Below, in pieces: positions 28,290-37,854 of a DNA stretch of 64,000 nucleotides. The notes under the pieces are model-generated. The model did no database searches and was not told where the DNA came from. It was given only the letters and a program-made list of their open reading frames with translations. Origin of the DNA: Sporosarcina sp. (lineage in GTDB: Bacteria; Bacillota; Bacilli; Bacillales_A; Planococcaceae). The stretch covers positions 3,564-67,563 of the forward strand of contig JARIBI010000120.1 of assembly GCA_029257435.1 (NCBI GenBank), written 5' to 3'. Each line of letters starts with the position of its first letter. The stretch's first letter is position 1. The position numbers and the translations under genes are program-made.

Positions 28290-28490
28290 AGACATATTTA
28301 AAGAGACTGTACAGCGTCAGTGTAAACTGATTTCTGGAACAGGCTCTTTTTTTATGCAGATATCCATATTCCGTAAATGGAATACAAAAGGTTTAATAAC
28401 TCAACAAAAAAGGAAATCATTGAATTAACAGCTGACGTATAAGTAATTCTGCTGTTCTGAATCATACTAGAACGTAAATCCCTAAAGGAC

Positions 28491-29231
28491 GTGAACGTAA
28501 TGTTAACTAAAGAACAAACAATGACGTTAAAAAAAGAGCTGCTTCGTCTGCAGGATGAGCTGACTTTGACCGAAGAGCGAACCGATGTAGAAGAAAGTCA
28601 ACGAGAGGAAATTGGAGAGCTGTCTACCTATGACAATCACCCTGCAGATATGGGGACAGAATTATATGACCGGGAAAAAGACAGGGCACTGAATGTACAT
28701 GCAAGTGATGAACTGGAGAAGGTGCAAAAAGCATTAGAAAATATGAAAGATGGATCATATGGAGTATGTGAGAAATGCGGCAAGGAAATTCCTTACGAAC
28801 GGCTAGAAGCGGTTCCTTATACAACGTTCTGCGTAGATGACGCGGTCCAAGAAGTGCCCGAAGACCGCCCTGTAGAAGATGATTTGTTGAAGATGGCCAA
28901 TCCTAATACATTTTCGGATAGACGTGAAGGTATATTTAAAGATCCCATAGACAGCTTTGAAGAAATCGCGAAATCAGGCACTTCCGAAACCCCCTCTGAC
29001 TTCACAGGAGATCATGACGATTACGAGTCTCTATATGATACTGCAATTGAAGACGAAAGCACGGAAGACATTGACGTGATTGCGACCAGTAACTTAGAGG
29101 GTGAACCTTCAGGTATCATTCGCGGGGATACCACGTTAGCATACGAAGAGCAATTGGATGAGGAAGGAATCGAATCAGAATTAGGCGACATTCCATATCG
29201 CCGTAAAGACAGTTACACCGATAACAAGTAA
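28491..29231 (+). CDS. yteA: YteA-family TraR/DksA-type zinc-finger sporulation protein
   Basis: GELS.YDNHPADMGTELYDREKD, GSYGVCEKCGKEIPYERLEAVP; acidic C-terminus. Confidence 0.88.
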   Translation: MNVMLTKEQTMTLKKELLRLQDELTLTEERTDVEESQREEIGELSTYDNHPADMGTELYDREKDRALNVHASDELEKVQKALENMKDGSYGVCEKCGKEIPYERLEAVPYTTFCVDDAVQEVPEDRPVEDDLLKMANPNTFSDRREGIFKDPIDSFEEIAKSGTSETPSDFTGDHDDYESLYDTAIEDESTEDIDVIATSNLEGEPSGIIRGDTTLAYEEQLDEEGIESELGDIPYRRKDSYTDNK

Positions 29232-29232
29232 C

Positions 29233-29273
29233 AAAAAAAGTTCCTAGTTGCGATATCGCAACTAGGAACTTTT
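29233..29273. terminator. Bidirectional terminator between yteA and the tRNA cluster
   Basis: AAAAGTTCCTAGTTGCGATATCGCAACTAGGAACTTTT perfect palindrome. Confidence 0.85.
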
Positions 29274-29278
29274 AAGTA

Positions 29279-29350
29279 TGACCCCTACGGGATTCGAACC
29301 CGTGTTACCGCCGTGAAAGGGCGGTGTCTTAACCGCTTGACCAAGGGGCC
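29279..29350 (-). tRNA. tRNA-Glu(TTC)
   Basis: GGCCCCTTGGTCAAGCGGTTAAGACACCGCCCTTTCACGGCGG...GTTCGAATCCCGTAGGGGTCA cloverleaf; no encoded CCA. Confidence 0.97.
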
Positions 29351-29359
29351 AAACAAATA

Positions 29360-29450
29360 TGGCGGAGAAGGAGGGATTCGAACCCTCGCACCGCTTTCGC
29401 GATCTACACCCTTAGCAGGGGCGCCTCTTGAGCCACTTGAGTACTTCCCC
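29360..29450 (-). tRNA. tRNA-Ser(GCT)
   Basis: Class II cloverleaf with long variable arm, anticodon loop CTGCTAA, encoded CCA. Confidence 0.97.
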
Positions 29451-29456
29451 GTAATA

Positions 29457-29531
29457 TGGCTCCGCAGGTAGGACTCGAACCTACGACCGATCGGTTAACA
29501 GCCGATTGCTCTACCACTGAGCTACTGCGGA
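29457..29531 (-). tRNA. tRNA-Asn(GTT)
   Basis: TCCGCAGTAGCTCAGTGGTAGAGCAATCGGCTGTTAACCGATCGG...GGAGCCA cloverleaf. Confidence 0.97.
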
Positions 29532-29563
29532 ATACTAGTATTTGCTTTTATCGAACATCAAAA

Positions 29564-29591
29564 ATTATACCATAACTTCTAAAGATAGCAA
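29564..29591 (-). promoter_or_regulatory. SigA promoter of the tRNA cluster
   Basis: TTGCTA-N16-TATAAT with extended -10 TG, ~30 nt before tRNA-Asn. Confidence 0.7.
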
Positions 29592-29651
29592 TAGTTTTCT
29601 TAAAGATGTTCTTTCGTCTGTTGACGACTTTTACATAATAGCATGGGGTGC

Positions 29652-29680
29652 GCATAATGGTCAAGCCTTCATCATAAAGT
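29652..29680 (+). promoter_or_regulatory. SigE-like promoter of the pdaB-like gene
   Basis: GCATAAT-N14-CATAAAGT versus consensus TCATATT-N14-CATACAnT. Confidence 0.65.
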
Positions 29681-29709
29681 ACAGTAAACATGTTGGAAAG
29701 GAGCTTTTT

Positions 29710-30372
29710 GTGCTAAAAAAGTTTAGTTCGATTCTCATCATCTGCACGCTAATTTTCGTATTATGGCCATCTACCATTACAGCTCCTAAAATCTTAAGTG
29801 TGTTCAAATTGACACAAGAACCTGATGTGGTGGTTAGGGGTACTACCGGTTCAGCACTGACTTTAGAAATTTCGTTTGGTGATACCGCTCTTGAAGATTG
29901 GATTGCAGAAATCGAAGCACCTTACCCTTTGTTACTGGTGGATACCGCGTGGGCAAAGCGCTTTCCAGACTCAGCTGAGCTCATTCGTAAAAAGAATATC
30001 CCGGTTGCTCTTTTAGGAAATGAAGGCACCGCCTATGAAAAAGATGCTGAACTCTTCACGAAGCAACTAGAAGATTTCACACTCTTATTCAAGAAAAAGC
30101 CTCTTTGGTTCCGTACAAGCGATGAAACTTTTCCAAAACATCTTCAAGAAACTTTATGGAAATACGAAATAAATGCCCTGGGTTCCACTTTACGCTGGAA
30201 AGGCGGGAAGCTGCCTCCCCATAAAAAAGGTGAAATTTTGACCGTTTCCCTGGAACGCAAGGGAAAAACTACCCTGGATGATATCGACCGCTTACGAGCC
30301 AGCCGTGAATTCCAATCCGTGGAAGATGTATTATTCGCGACAGACGTTAAAACCAAAAAAATTCCTGAATAA
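29710..30372 (+). CDS. Divergent PdaB/YbaN-like polysaccharide deacetylase-fold protein
   Basis: Same position and orientation as pdaB next to kbaA; ALTLEISFGD resembles ALTFDISWGD; ends ..VEDVLFATDVKTKKI. GTG start after GGAAAGGAG. Confidence 0.65.
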   Translation: MLKKFSSILIICTLIFVLWPSTITAPKILSVFKLTQEPDVVVRGTTGSALTLEISFGDTALEDWIAEIEAPYPLLLVDTAWAKRFPDSAELIRKKNIPVALLGNEGTAYEKDAELFTKQLEDFTLLFKKKPLWFRTSDETFPKHLQETLWKYEINALGSTLRWKGGKLPPHKKGEILTVSLERKGKTTLDDIDRLRASREFQSVEDVLFATDVKTKKIPE

Positions 30373-30416
30373 CAAAAAACGCACAACTAACGATTTTCGC
30401 TAGTGTGCGTCTTTTG

Positions 30417-31094
30417 TTATTTTGCATTCGCAGCTTTTTGCTTTCTGCGCTCTGCTTTTCGTGCATCTAATTTTATCTTGTCCTCATCTGACTTCCGATT
30501 GTACTTCGGCAGCGCAAGCAGTTGATAAGAATTCACTGCAACAAGCGGGAATAACATAATGGTCACCCATGTGTCGACATCTCCATTACGGACCATCAAA
30601 GCCGGCAACCACTCAATTGTTGTAATGACAATCATGAAAAACAATGCTGAAATTAAAATATGCTTTTTGGTCCACTGCGCTTTAAACCATGCCGTTACCG
30701 CTGCGGTACCAACTAATATCGCAAGCAGAACCATATAAAGAACAGTCCGTCCTGTATCCTCCGAGGTCAGGCGGAATCTGAAAAATACGAGGTCAAAGAG
30801 AACAACGACAATTAACAGCAGCTGTATCCAATTCCAGAGTGTCAACGTTCTAAACAAATTGACTCCGAACTGATGAATGGTTAAATACGCAAAGAACCCC
30901 ATTTGAGCGATTACACTCATCGTAAATCCAAGGAATACCATCCATAAAAAAGCACCTAAAAACTGAAAATATTCTCCTGTTGATAAGTACGAGTAAAAAA
31001 AGTTCCAACGAACAATCAGTCCGACAATTCCAGTAATGGCTCCGCCTAACAGCAGAGCGCGTATGAAAAATTTCATCCAATTTCGTATAGTCAC
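30417..31094 (-). CDS. kbaA: KinB-signalling pathway activation protein
   Basis: MTIRNWMKFF, SVIAQMGFFAYLTIH and FFMIVITTIEWLP. Confidence 0.93.
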   Translation of the reverse strand: MTIRNWMKFFIRALLLGGAITGIVGLIVRWNFFYSYLSTGEYFQFLGAFLWMVFLGFTMSVIAQMGFFAYLTIHQFGVNLFRTLTLWNWIQLLLIVVVLFDLVFFRFRLTSEDTGRTVLYMVLLAILVGTAAVTAWFKAQWTKKHILISALFFMIVITTIEWLPALMVRNGDVDTWVTIMLFPLVAVNSYQLLALPKYNRKSDEDKIKLDARKAERRKQKAANAK

Positions 31095-31233
31095 AGCAGC
31101 GTTCCTCCGTTTTAATTACTGCTTCTAGTGTAACAGCCATTTATCGAAAAATCTATTTCATTCAACAGTCTTTGCATAATCCGCGCAAAGTTGTGAACAA
31201 TAATTGAAAAGCCAGTGGAGGGATTTCAAATTC

Positions 31234-31833
31234 ATGAAAAAATTAGCGATGTATCTGCTCCCTGTCCTATTCGTCTTATCTGCATGCAGCAACGGACCAA
31301 ATTCATCTCCTTCTTACGATGAAACTAAAAAGATGATGACTGATGCAATACAAACGGAGGAAGGAAAAAAGGCAATCAGACAGCTGCTGACAGAAGAAGA
31401 ATTTCGTAAACAGCTTGTCCTCGAACAGCCTGAAGTAACTTCCGCTATTGAATCGACGCTGCTTTCAAAAGAGGGTAAAGACTTCTGGAAAGAAACGTTC
31501 GATGATCCGAAGTTCCAAAAAACAATTGCAACGAGTATGAAGGATCAGCAAAAAGAAATTATGAAAGCTTTGATGAATGACGCCTCATTCCAAAAAGAGC
31601 TTGAAGAGTTTTTCGGGACGCCTGATATGCAAAAACAGCTAGAAAATATCTTACACTCGGGTTCTTTGAAAAAAGAATTCGAAAAAGCAATTGAAGAAAC
31701 GATTAGCAGCCCACTTCTCCAAGCAAAGTGGCAAGAACTTATTTTGCAAGCGGGTGAAGTGAAACCTGTTGAAAAAGAGGATAAGAAAAAGAAGAAGGAC
31801 GATGAAAAAGAAGAAAGCGGAGGGGGAAAATAA
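31234..31833 (+). CDS. gerD: Spore germination lipoprotein GerD
   Basis: Lipobox LSAC; YDETKKMMTDAIQTEEGKKAI; conserved position. Confidence 0.9.
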   Translation: MKKLAMYLLPVLFVLSACSNGPNSSPSYDETKKMMTDAIQTEEGKKAIRQLLTEEEFRKQLVLEQPEVTSAIESTLLSKEGKDFWKETFDDPKFQKTIATSMKDQQKEIMKALMNDASFQKELEEFFGTPDMQKQLENILHSGSLKKEFEKAIEETISSPLLQAKWQELILQAGEVKPVEKEDKKKKKDDEKEESGGGK

Positions 31834-31849
31834 CCCCACTCCGCTTTTC

Positions 31850-32908
31850 TTATTTCTGGATTTTATCCACAACGTTTTGTGCGATTTCCAAGTAAATTTT
31901 TCCGATTGGGTGATCCTCTGCATATACAGAAGGCGCGAAGTCCTCTTCATCCCAGTCCGGCTGGCCTAGTGGAATTTGTCCGAGTAATTCTGTGCGAAGT
32001 TCTTCTGCAAGCCGCTTTCCGCCGCCAGAACCGAAAACAAATTCTTTCTCGCCCGTTTGTTTAGACTCAAACCAAGACATGTTTTCAATAACTCCGAGCA
32101 ACGCGTGATCTGTTTGCAATGCCATTGCACCTGCACGAGCCGCTACGAATGCAGCTGTTGGATGCGGTGTCGTCACAACGATCTCTTTAGAAGCTGGGAT
32201 CATCTGATGAATATCGAGCGCCACATCGCCAGTACCCGGCGGAAGGTCAAGAATCATATAATCCAGATCGCCCCACTCGACGTCTCTGAAAAACTGATCG
32301 AGCACTTTACCGAGCATCGGTCCGCGCCAAACAACAGGTGCATTGTCTTCAACAAAGAATCCCATTGAAATGACTTTAACGCCTTTGCGCTCAACTGGAA
32401 TTATCCTGTCCCCGCGGATTACAGGTGATTCTGTAACTCCCATCATATCTGGAACGCTGAAGCCGTAAATATCAGAGTCGATCAGACCGACTTTTTTACC
32501 AAGACGCGCCAGACCCACTGCCAAGTTAACGGAAACTGTCGACTTTCCGACACCGCCTTTACCGGACGCAATAGAGATGAACGTCACGTCATTAATTGGA
32601 GAAAGTAAATCTTGTGCTTCTGAAGCTGTTGCAGTTCCACGGAATTTCTCCAATGTCTCTTGGGGCAATTCTTCAAATCGAATGCCGACTGAATCAGCTC
32701 CCGCAGCCTTCAGCACTTCAACGATCTTGGTTTGAAGTGTCATTTGTTCAGCTGTGTTCACTTTAGCGATCGCTATTTTCACGCTCACATGCGCTTTTTC
32801 AGGCTTGATAGTAATGCCGACGATCCCATCTGTCTCTGCTAATGTTTTATGTAAAAATGGATCGCTCATACCGCCTAGTAATTCGCGTACTGTTTCTTCA
32901 TTCATCAC
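31850..32908 (-). CDS. mrp: Mrp/NBP35 family ATP-binding protein (SalA/YbaL)
   Basis: ASGKGGVGKS, WRGPML and DLPPGTGD. Confidence 0.93.
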   Translation of the reverse strand: MMNEETVRELLGGMSDPFLHKTLAETDGIVGITIKPEKAHVSVKIAIAKVNTAEQMTLQTKIVEVLKAAGADSVGIRFEELPQETLEKFRGTATASEAQDLLSPINDVTFISIASGKGGVGKSTVSVNLAVGLARLGKKVGLIDSDIYGFSVPDMMGVTESPVIRGDRIIPVERKGVKVISMGFFVEDNAPVVWRGPMLGKVLDQFFRDVEWGDLDYMILDLPPGTGDVALDIHQMIPASKEIVVTTPHPTAAFVAARAGAMALQTDHALLGVIENMSWFESKQTGEKEFVFGSGGGKRLAEELRTELLGQIPLGQPDWDEEDFAPSVYAEDHPIGKIYLEIAQNVVDKIQK

Positions 32909-32988
32909 AACGGAACACTCCTTAGAGGTTTAGTACATTCACCTCCAAGTATAGCATAGTACGCCTTTCGCGTAAGTGGATGCGCTTA

Positions 32989-33705
32989 TCACTTTTGCTC
33001 CATAAGCTGGTGCCTTACAACTCCTTCAACAATTGCATCTGCAACCTTCTTGCGGTAATTCGGATCCGCCAGCAGTTTGTGTTCTTCAGGATTAGAGATG
33101 AACCCTGTTTCTACAATTACAGAAGGGACTTGGATATTTTTCAATAAATATATTCCTTTAATCTTCATGGCTTCACGGTCAGTATTCTTTAGCTGGTCTT
33201 TAAACGCACCCTGAATCGATTTTGCGAGCGCTTCTCCGCCTTCATGACCTTCCGGGTGATAAAACACTTGGGCACCCCTCCATTGCGTCTGCGGTATCGC
33301 ATTTACATGGACACTTAAGAACAAGTCAGGCTCCTCATTTTCTGCAATTTGAACACGCATCTTCAAGTCTTCGAACTTCCGTTCACGCATCGATGAAAAC
33401 TCCTTGTCTGGTGCATGCTCAGCCATGGCGTCTCCAGCTTTAGTGCGTGTCATTACCACAGTAGCACCTTTTTGTTTCAGCTTCTTTTCTACTTCTTTTG
33501 TAATAGCAAGATTGACGTCACTTTCAATAAGCTCATCTGTAGAGGCGCCGCCATCTTCTCCTCCATGGCCTGCATCCAGCAGCACTTTAACCCCCGCGAG
33601 CTCAGCCGGCATGAAAAATGCTCGATCCGAAGCATTCACTCCATACCAGACAACACTTAAAGAACACACTAGTAATAAGGTAATAATCATTACACGCTTC
33701 TTCAT
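32989..33705 (-). CDS. cwlD: N-acetylmuramoyl-L-alanine amidase CwlD
   Basis: LDAGHGGEDGG, E..VNL, SVHVNA and VETGFISN; conserved position. Confidence 0.9.
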   Translation of the reverse strand: MKKRVMIITLLLVCSLSVVWYGVNASDRAFFMPAELAGVKVLLDAGHGGEDGGASTDELIESDVNLAITKEVEKKLKQKGATVVMTRTKAGDAMAEHAPDKEFSSMRERKFEDLKMRVQIAENEEPDLFLSVHVNAIPQTQWRGAQVFYHPEGHEGGEALAKSIQGAFKDQLKNTDREAMKIKGIYLLKNIQVPSVIVETGFISNPEEHKLLADPNYRKKVADAIVEGVVRHQLMEQK

Positions 33706-33726
33706 ATGACACCGCCTTTTTCATCC

Positions 33727-33755
33727 ACTATACGCGGAGGCGGTTTTGAATATGA
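33727..33755 (-). promoter_or_regulatory. SigE-like promoter of cwlD
   Basis: TCATATT-N14-CGTATAGT. Confidence 0.65.
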
Positions 33756-33808
33756 CCAAGCATAAAAAAGACGCCTCCCCTTAGGCGGAAGACGTCTTTA
33801 GCATTCAA

Positions 33809-34105
33809 TTATTCGATGGGTCCCTGCCAGCTCAGCATGCCGCCGGTCATATTGGTTACATCATAACCTTCTTCTTCTAAAAACTCAGCTGCACGGCCGC
33901 TCCGGCCTCCTGATCGGCAGATGAGCGTATAAGGCTTGGTTTTATCAAGCTCGTCGAGACGGGCTGGTATTTCCCCGAGCGGAATGTGAATTGCACCGAT
34001 AACTTTACCTGTCGCAATTTCATCGTCTTCCCGAACGTCAATCATGTTGACGTGCTGACCTTCATCCAACCGTTTTTCCAATTCACTAGCAGTAATTTCT
34101 TTCAT
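33809..34105 (-). CDS. Rhodanese-like domain protein (~98 aa)
   Basis: IDVRE..E...G, HIPLG and CRSGGRS active-site loop; ATG at 34105 after GGAGG. Confidence 0.9.
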   Translation of the reverse strand: MKEITASELEKRLDEGQHVNMIDVREDDEIATGKVIGAIHIPLGEIPARLDELDKTKPYTLICRSGGRSGRAAEFLEEEGYDVTNMTGGMLSWQGPIE

Positions 34106-34157
34106 CTTGTACGCCTCCTGTACGCTTGGCTTTCTAAGGGTATCATATACGTCTAAC

Positions 34158-35009
34158 TCACTTACGTCCATTGCTTTCGCCTATTTGCTCCTGTTGATGG
34201 ATGACTTGATAATTCAGAGGAAGCTCAATATTCGCATCATCGAACGCGACCTTGACGGCTTTACGGATATCCCGTTCACATTCCCACTGAAGACCATTTT
34301 CCACTTGCCCAATTATGCGGAGCACAACATTTGTACCGTCGATGTTTTGGACACCAATCGCATTCGGACCTTCTTTAAAACGTTCGTCTTGCTGAAAGTC
34401 TTCGCATACCCGTTCCAACACATGAATGGCCTGGTCCACGTCATTATAGTAACTGATCCCAATATCGACAAGGGCACGCATATTGCCGCGTGTATGGTTC
34501 GCTACATTTTCAATAATCCGGTTCGGCAAGTAATTGAGCGTACCATCAAACGCCCGTACTTTTGTCGTACGTAGCCCGATTTCTTCTACGACTCCGTCAA
34601 TACCTGCTACCGTTACATAGTCATCCACTTCCATCTGCTGCTCAAGCAGAATGAAAAAACCAGTTACAACATCACTCACGAGGCCTTGGGCACCAAATCC
34701 AATAGCCAGTCCCACTACACCAGCGCCTGCGATAAGAGGACCAATGCTGACGCCAAATAGCGACAGCAGTGTACCGATGAATATGAAAATCATTACATAC
34801 GAAAAAATATTCAGAAGTAATTTGTCCAGTGTCTTAATACGTCCCGGTTTTGTTTTTCTAGTCAGGGACATCTTATGGATCGTCGCACTGATCATTTTCT
34901 TTCCTAATGGAAGGAAAATTGAAAACGCAACAATCAACGTGACCAGTCTTAAAACCAACTTAATTAATTTCTCAACTTCAATATCAAAATGCAAACCGAA
35001 AATGTCCAT
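34158..35009 (-). CDS. mscS: MscS-family mechanosensitive channel
   Basis: AGAGVVGLAIGFGAQGLVSDVVTGFFIL, G.VEEIGLRTT. Confidence 0.92.
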   Translation of the reverse strand: MDIFGLHFDIEVEKLIKLVLRLVTLIVAFSIFLPLGKKMISATIHKMSLTRKTKPGRIKTLDKLLLNIFSYVMIFIFIGTLLSLFGVSIGPLIAGAGVVGLAIGFGAQGLVSDVVTGFFILLEQQMEVDDYVTVAGIDGVVEEIGLRTTKVRAFDGTLNYLPNRIIENVANHTRGNMRALVDIGISYYNDVDQAIHVLERVCEDFQQDERFKEGPNAIGVQNIDGTNVVLRIIGQVENGLQWECERDIRKAVKVAFDDANIELPLNYQVIHQQEQIGESNGRK

Positions 35010-35261
35010 TTATAATTCTTACCTCTCTTTCATTCACCTGCATTGCAATAGCATAACGTATATGAAAACGCAGTTTCAAGCAATCCGATGCCGTGTTAAT
35101 AAGACAGAAGATTACTTTCAACTTGAACATTTTCCCTATATAAATAAATGAACTAGAAGGCTTTCTGAATTCATCTTTCTGCCTGACAGAGTTTTTCTTT
35201 GCAAACACATTTAATGAGCGATTAATAGACTATATAAAACAGGAAATGTAGGAGGAGTTCT

Positions 35262-36719
35262 ATGGGAGCTAAAAACGGTCAGGAATTCATTAGCCGTATT
35301 AATCAGTTAAAACCGGAAATATGGTTGGATGGACGTCAGTTGGAAGGGCCTCTATCCGAATGTCAAGAATTTAAGGGGATGTTAAAAACAAAAGCTGCCT
35401 TATACGACTATCAGACACTGCCCGAAAACAGTGCTGAAATGACATACCGTTCTCCCGTATCCCGAGAAAAAATAGGGATTTCATTTTTACAGCCGACAAC
35501 AAAAGCGGACTTAACAAAGCGAAGAACGATGATTGACAAGTGGGCACGCCAGACTTGCGGACTGATGGGCAGAAGCCCGGACTATTTAAATACAGCACTT
35601 ATGAGTTTTGCAAGCTCTGCATCATTTCTCGAGGGAAAGAAAAATTGCTTCCCTGAGAATATTCAATCTGCATATGAACGCGCAAGAGAACAAGACTTAA
35701 CGTTTACTCACACCTTTATCACTCCCCAAGTCAACCGTGCACAATTCTATCTTGAATCTTCTAAAGAGCCGATTTCCGCGAAAATCGTGAAAACGACAAA
35801 AGAAGGACTCGTAATTAAAGGGGCGAAATTGCTTGCGACACAGGGCGGACTGACAGATGAAATTCTTGTGTTCAGTGCACCTAAGCTGCTTCCCGATCCA
35901 GATGAAGCCTTTGCATTCACACTGCCTTCAGATACAGAAGGAGTACGTTTCATTTGCAGAGAATCCTTTACCAACGGGGATTCCACCTTTGACTACCCCC
36001 TAAGCTCACGGTTTGAAGAGATGGACTCCATTGTCGTGTTCGATAACGCGCTCGTGCCATGGGATCGGGTATTTTTTTATCAAAACGCAGAAGCAGCCTC
36101 CCAATTTTTCTCTATAAGTTCGTTCCATCCATTCACGCTCCATCAAGTGATTACACGTCAAGTAGTCAAAACTGAATTCATGCTAAGTGTTGCGAAACTT
36201 CTGGTAGAAACCATCAATATAGGCGAGTACTCACACATTCAAGGTAAAGTTTCGGAAATTATCATTAGTTTAGAAACGTTAAAAGCGTTATTGGAGAAAT
36301 CCGAGCATGATGCACACCCCGATCAATGGGGCTATATGAGGCCCAGTATAATCCCGCTTCAAGTAGCGAGTAACATCTATCCGGCAGTCTATCCGCGTTT
36401 CAGCGAAATCATTCAGTTAATAGGAGCCAGCGGAATGGTCACCATCCCTACAGAAAAAGCGTTCCAATCAGACATTCAACCGGACTTAGCCCAGTATTTG
36501 CAAAGCGCTACAAAATCGGCAGAAGATCGCGTAAAAATCTTCAGATTGGCATGGGATTTAACAATGAGTTCTTTCGGCACCCGGCAGACTCAATATGAGC
36601 GGTATTTTTTTGGAGATCCTATCCGCTTAGCCGGCCAATTGTACCGGTCCGTCTGTTCCAACAGTTCCTATTCAATAATTGAGTCATTGCTGGGTCCCTT
36701 AGATAACGGTCCTGAGTAA
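35262..36719 (+). CDS. hpaB: 4-hydroxyphenylacetate 3-monooxygenase, oxygenase component (HpaB/YoaI-like)
   Basis: MGRSPDYLN, HTFITPQVNR, KGAKLLAT.G..TDE, SRFEEMDSIVVFD and RQTQYERYFFGDP. Confidence 0.9.
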   Translation: MGAKNGQEFISRINQLKPEIWLDGRQLEGPLSECQEFKGMLKTKAALYDYQTLPENSAEMTYRSPVSREKIGISFLQPTTKADLTKRRTMIDKWARQTCGLMGRSPDYLNTALMSFASSASFLEGKKNCFPENIQSAYERAREQDLTFTHTFITPQVNRAQFYLESSKEPISAKIVKTTKEGLVIKGAKLLATQGGLTDEILVFSAPKLLPDPDEAFAFTLPSDTEGVRFICRESFTNGDSTFDYPLSSRFEEMDSIVVFDNALVPWDRVFFYQNAEAASQFFSISSFHPFTLHQVITRQVVKTEFMLSVAKLLVETINIGEYSHIQGKVSEIIISLETLKALLEKSEHDAHPDQWGYMRPSIIPLQVASNIYPAVYPRFSEIIQLIGASGMVTIPTEKAFQSDIQPDLAQYLQSATKSAEDRVKIFRLAWDLTMSSFGTRQTQYERYFFGDPIRLAGQLYRSVCSNSSYSIIESLLGPLDNGPE

Positions 36720-36836
36720 TCACACATAGAATGCTCGATCTTCTTGAAGAAATGAGCCGAATCATTTTCAAAGATAATTTTCTCCATACAAAAACAGTCC
36801 ACTCCGGTAAGGGAGTGGACTGTGAATAGTTGATGA

Positions 36837-37229
36837 TTAACGCTTCGAGAACTGTGGTGCACGACGTGCGCCGCGAAGACCTGGCTTCTTACGTTCTTTC
36901 ATACGTGGGTCACGTGTTAGAAGTCCTGCAGCTTTTAGAGCTGGACGGAAATCAGGGTCTACAGTAAGCAATGCACGAGCTACGCCGTGACGGATTGCGC
37001 CTGCTTGGCCAGTGTAGCCACCGCCATTAACGTTTACGTGAATGTCATAGCTTCCAAGTGTATCTGTTGTTACAAGTGGCTGCTTAATGATTTCGCGCAG
37101 TGTTTCGAATGGTACGTATTCTTCTGCATCACGTTTGTTGATGATGATTTTACCTTCACCAGGAACTAAACGTACACGAGCTGTTGAACTTTTACGTCGG
37201 CCAGTGCCGATATATTGTACTTGTGCCAA
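36837..37229 (-). CDS. rpsI: 30S ribosomal protein S9
   Basis: [12 protein letters not shown]...QFSKR; TTG start. Confidence 0.99.
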   Translation of the reverse strand: MAQVQYIGTGRRKSSTARVRLVPGEGKIIINKRDAEEYVPFETLREIIKQPLVTTDTLGSYDIHVNVNGGGYTGQAGAIRHGVARALLTVDPDFRPALKAAGLLTRDPRMKERKKPGLRGARRAPQFSKR

Positions 37230-37248
37230 AAGTGTTTCCTCCTCTTAA

Positions 37249-37686
37249 TTACCCGCGAAGCTCAAATGCTTCAGGTTTTTGTGCTGCATGAGTGTGCTCT
37301 GCTCCAGCGAAAACGTGAAGCTTTTTAGCTGTTTGACGACCAAGTGGACCTTTTGGAAGCATTCCCTTGATAGCTAGTTCAAGCATTTTCGTTGAGTAGT
37401 TTGTGCGCATTTCAAGCGCTGTACGAGACTTAAGGCTACCAGTGTAACCAGAGTGACGGTAATATTTCTTGTCTTTCAACTTGTTACCTGTAAGTTGAAT
37501 TTTTTCAGCATTGATGATGATCACGTGGTCACCAGTATCAACGTTTGGTGTGAATGTCGGTTTATGTTTACCGCGAAGCAATGTAGCGACTTCTGAAGCA
37601 AGACGTCCAAGCGTTTGGCCTTCAGCGTCTACTAGGAGCCATTTCCGCTCTACTTCGTGGCCTTTAGCCATGAATGTTGTACGCAT
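37249..37686 (-). CDS. rplM: 50S ribosomal protein L13
   Basis: MRTTFMAK...LGRLASEVA...GKHKPTFTP. Confidence 0.99.
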   Translation of the reverse strand: MRTTFMAKGHEVERKWLLVDAEGQTLGRLASEVATLLRGKHKPTFTPNVDTGDHVIIINAEKIQLTGNKLKDKKYYRHSGYTGSLKSRTALEMRTNYSTKMLELAIKGMLPKGPLGRQTAKKLHVFAGAEHTHAAQKPEAFELRG

Positions 37687-37724
37687 AGTTTCATATCCTC
37701 CTAAATGAATATCAGTCTGTTCCG

Positions 37725-37821
37725 TTTTCTCTATCCCTAAACACAAATAAACTTTCGGGGCTTTTTGTGGGGTTATTGAAATACCAAAGATTATCTTACC
37801 GGTTATCACCGAGAAAGTCAA
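37725..37821 (-). promoter_or_regulatory. rplM promoter and L13 leader
   Basis: TTGACT-N17-TAAGAT (37793-37821), then AACCCCAC..AAGCCCCG.AA leader resembling the Firmicutes L13 leader. Confidence 0.7.
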
Positions 37822-37854
37822 GCGGTTTTCATAAAAACACCTGGAAAAGTTGCT

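Noticed and set aside
28437-28469. SigG promoter for yteA
   Set aside because: The CATACTA -10 is perfect, but the nearest GTATA -35 is 21 nt away (17-18 expected), so I did not list it as a feature.
29542-29709. N-terminal extension of the pdaB-like ORF
   Set aside because: It overlaps the tRNA promoter and the SigE-like promoter; the RBS supports GTG at 29710.
29231-29710. Prophage or genomic island integrated at the tRNAs
   Set aside because: No integrase, no duplicated tRNA 3' end (att site) and no foreign genes; both flanks are core Bacillales genes.
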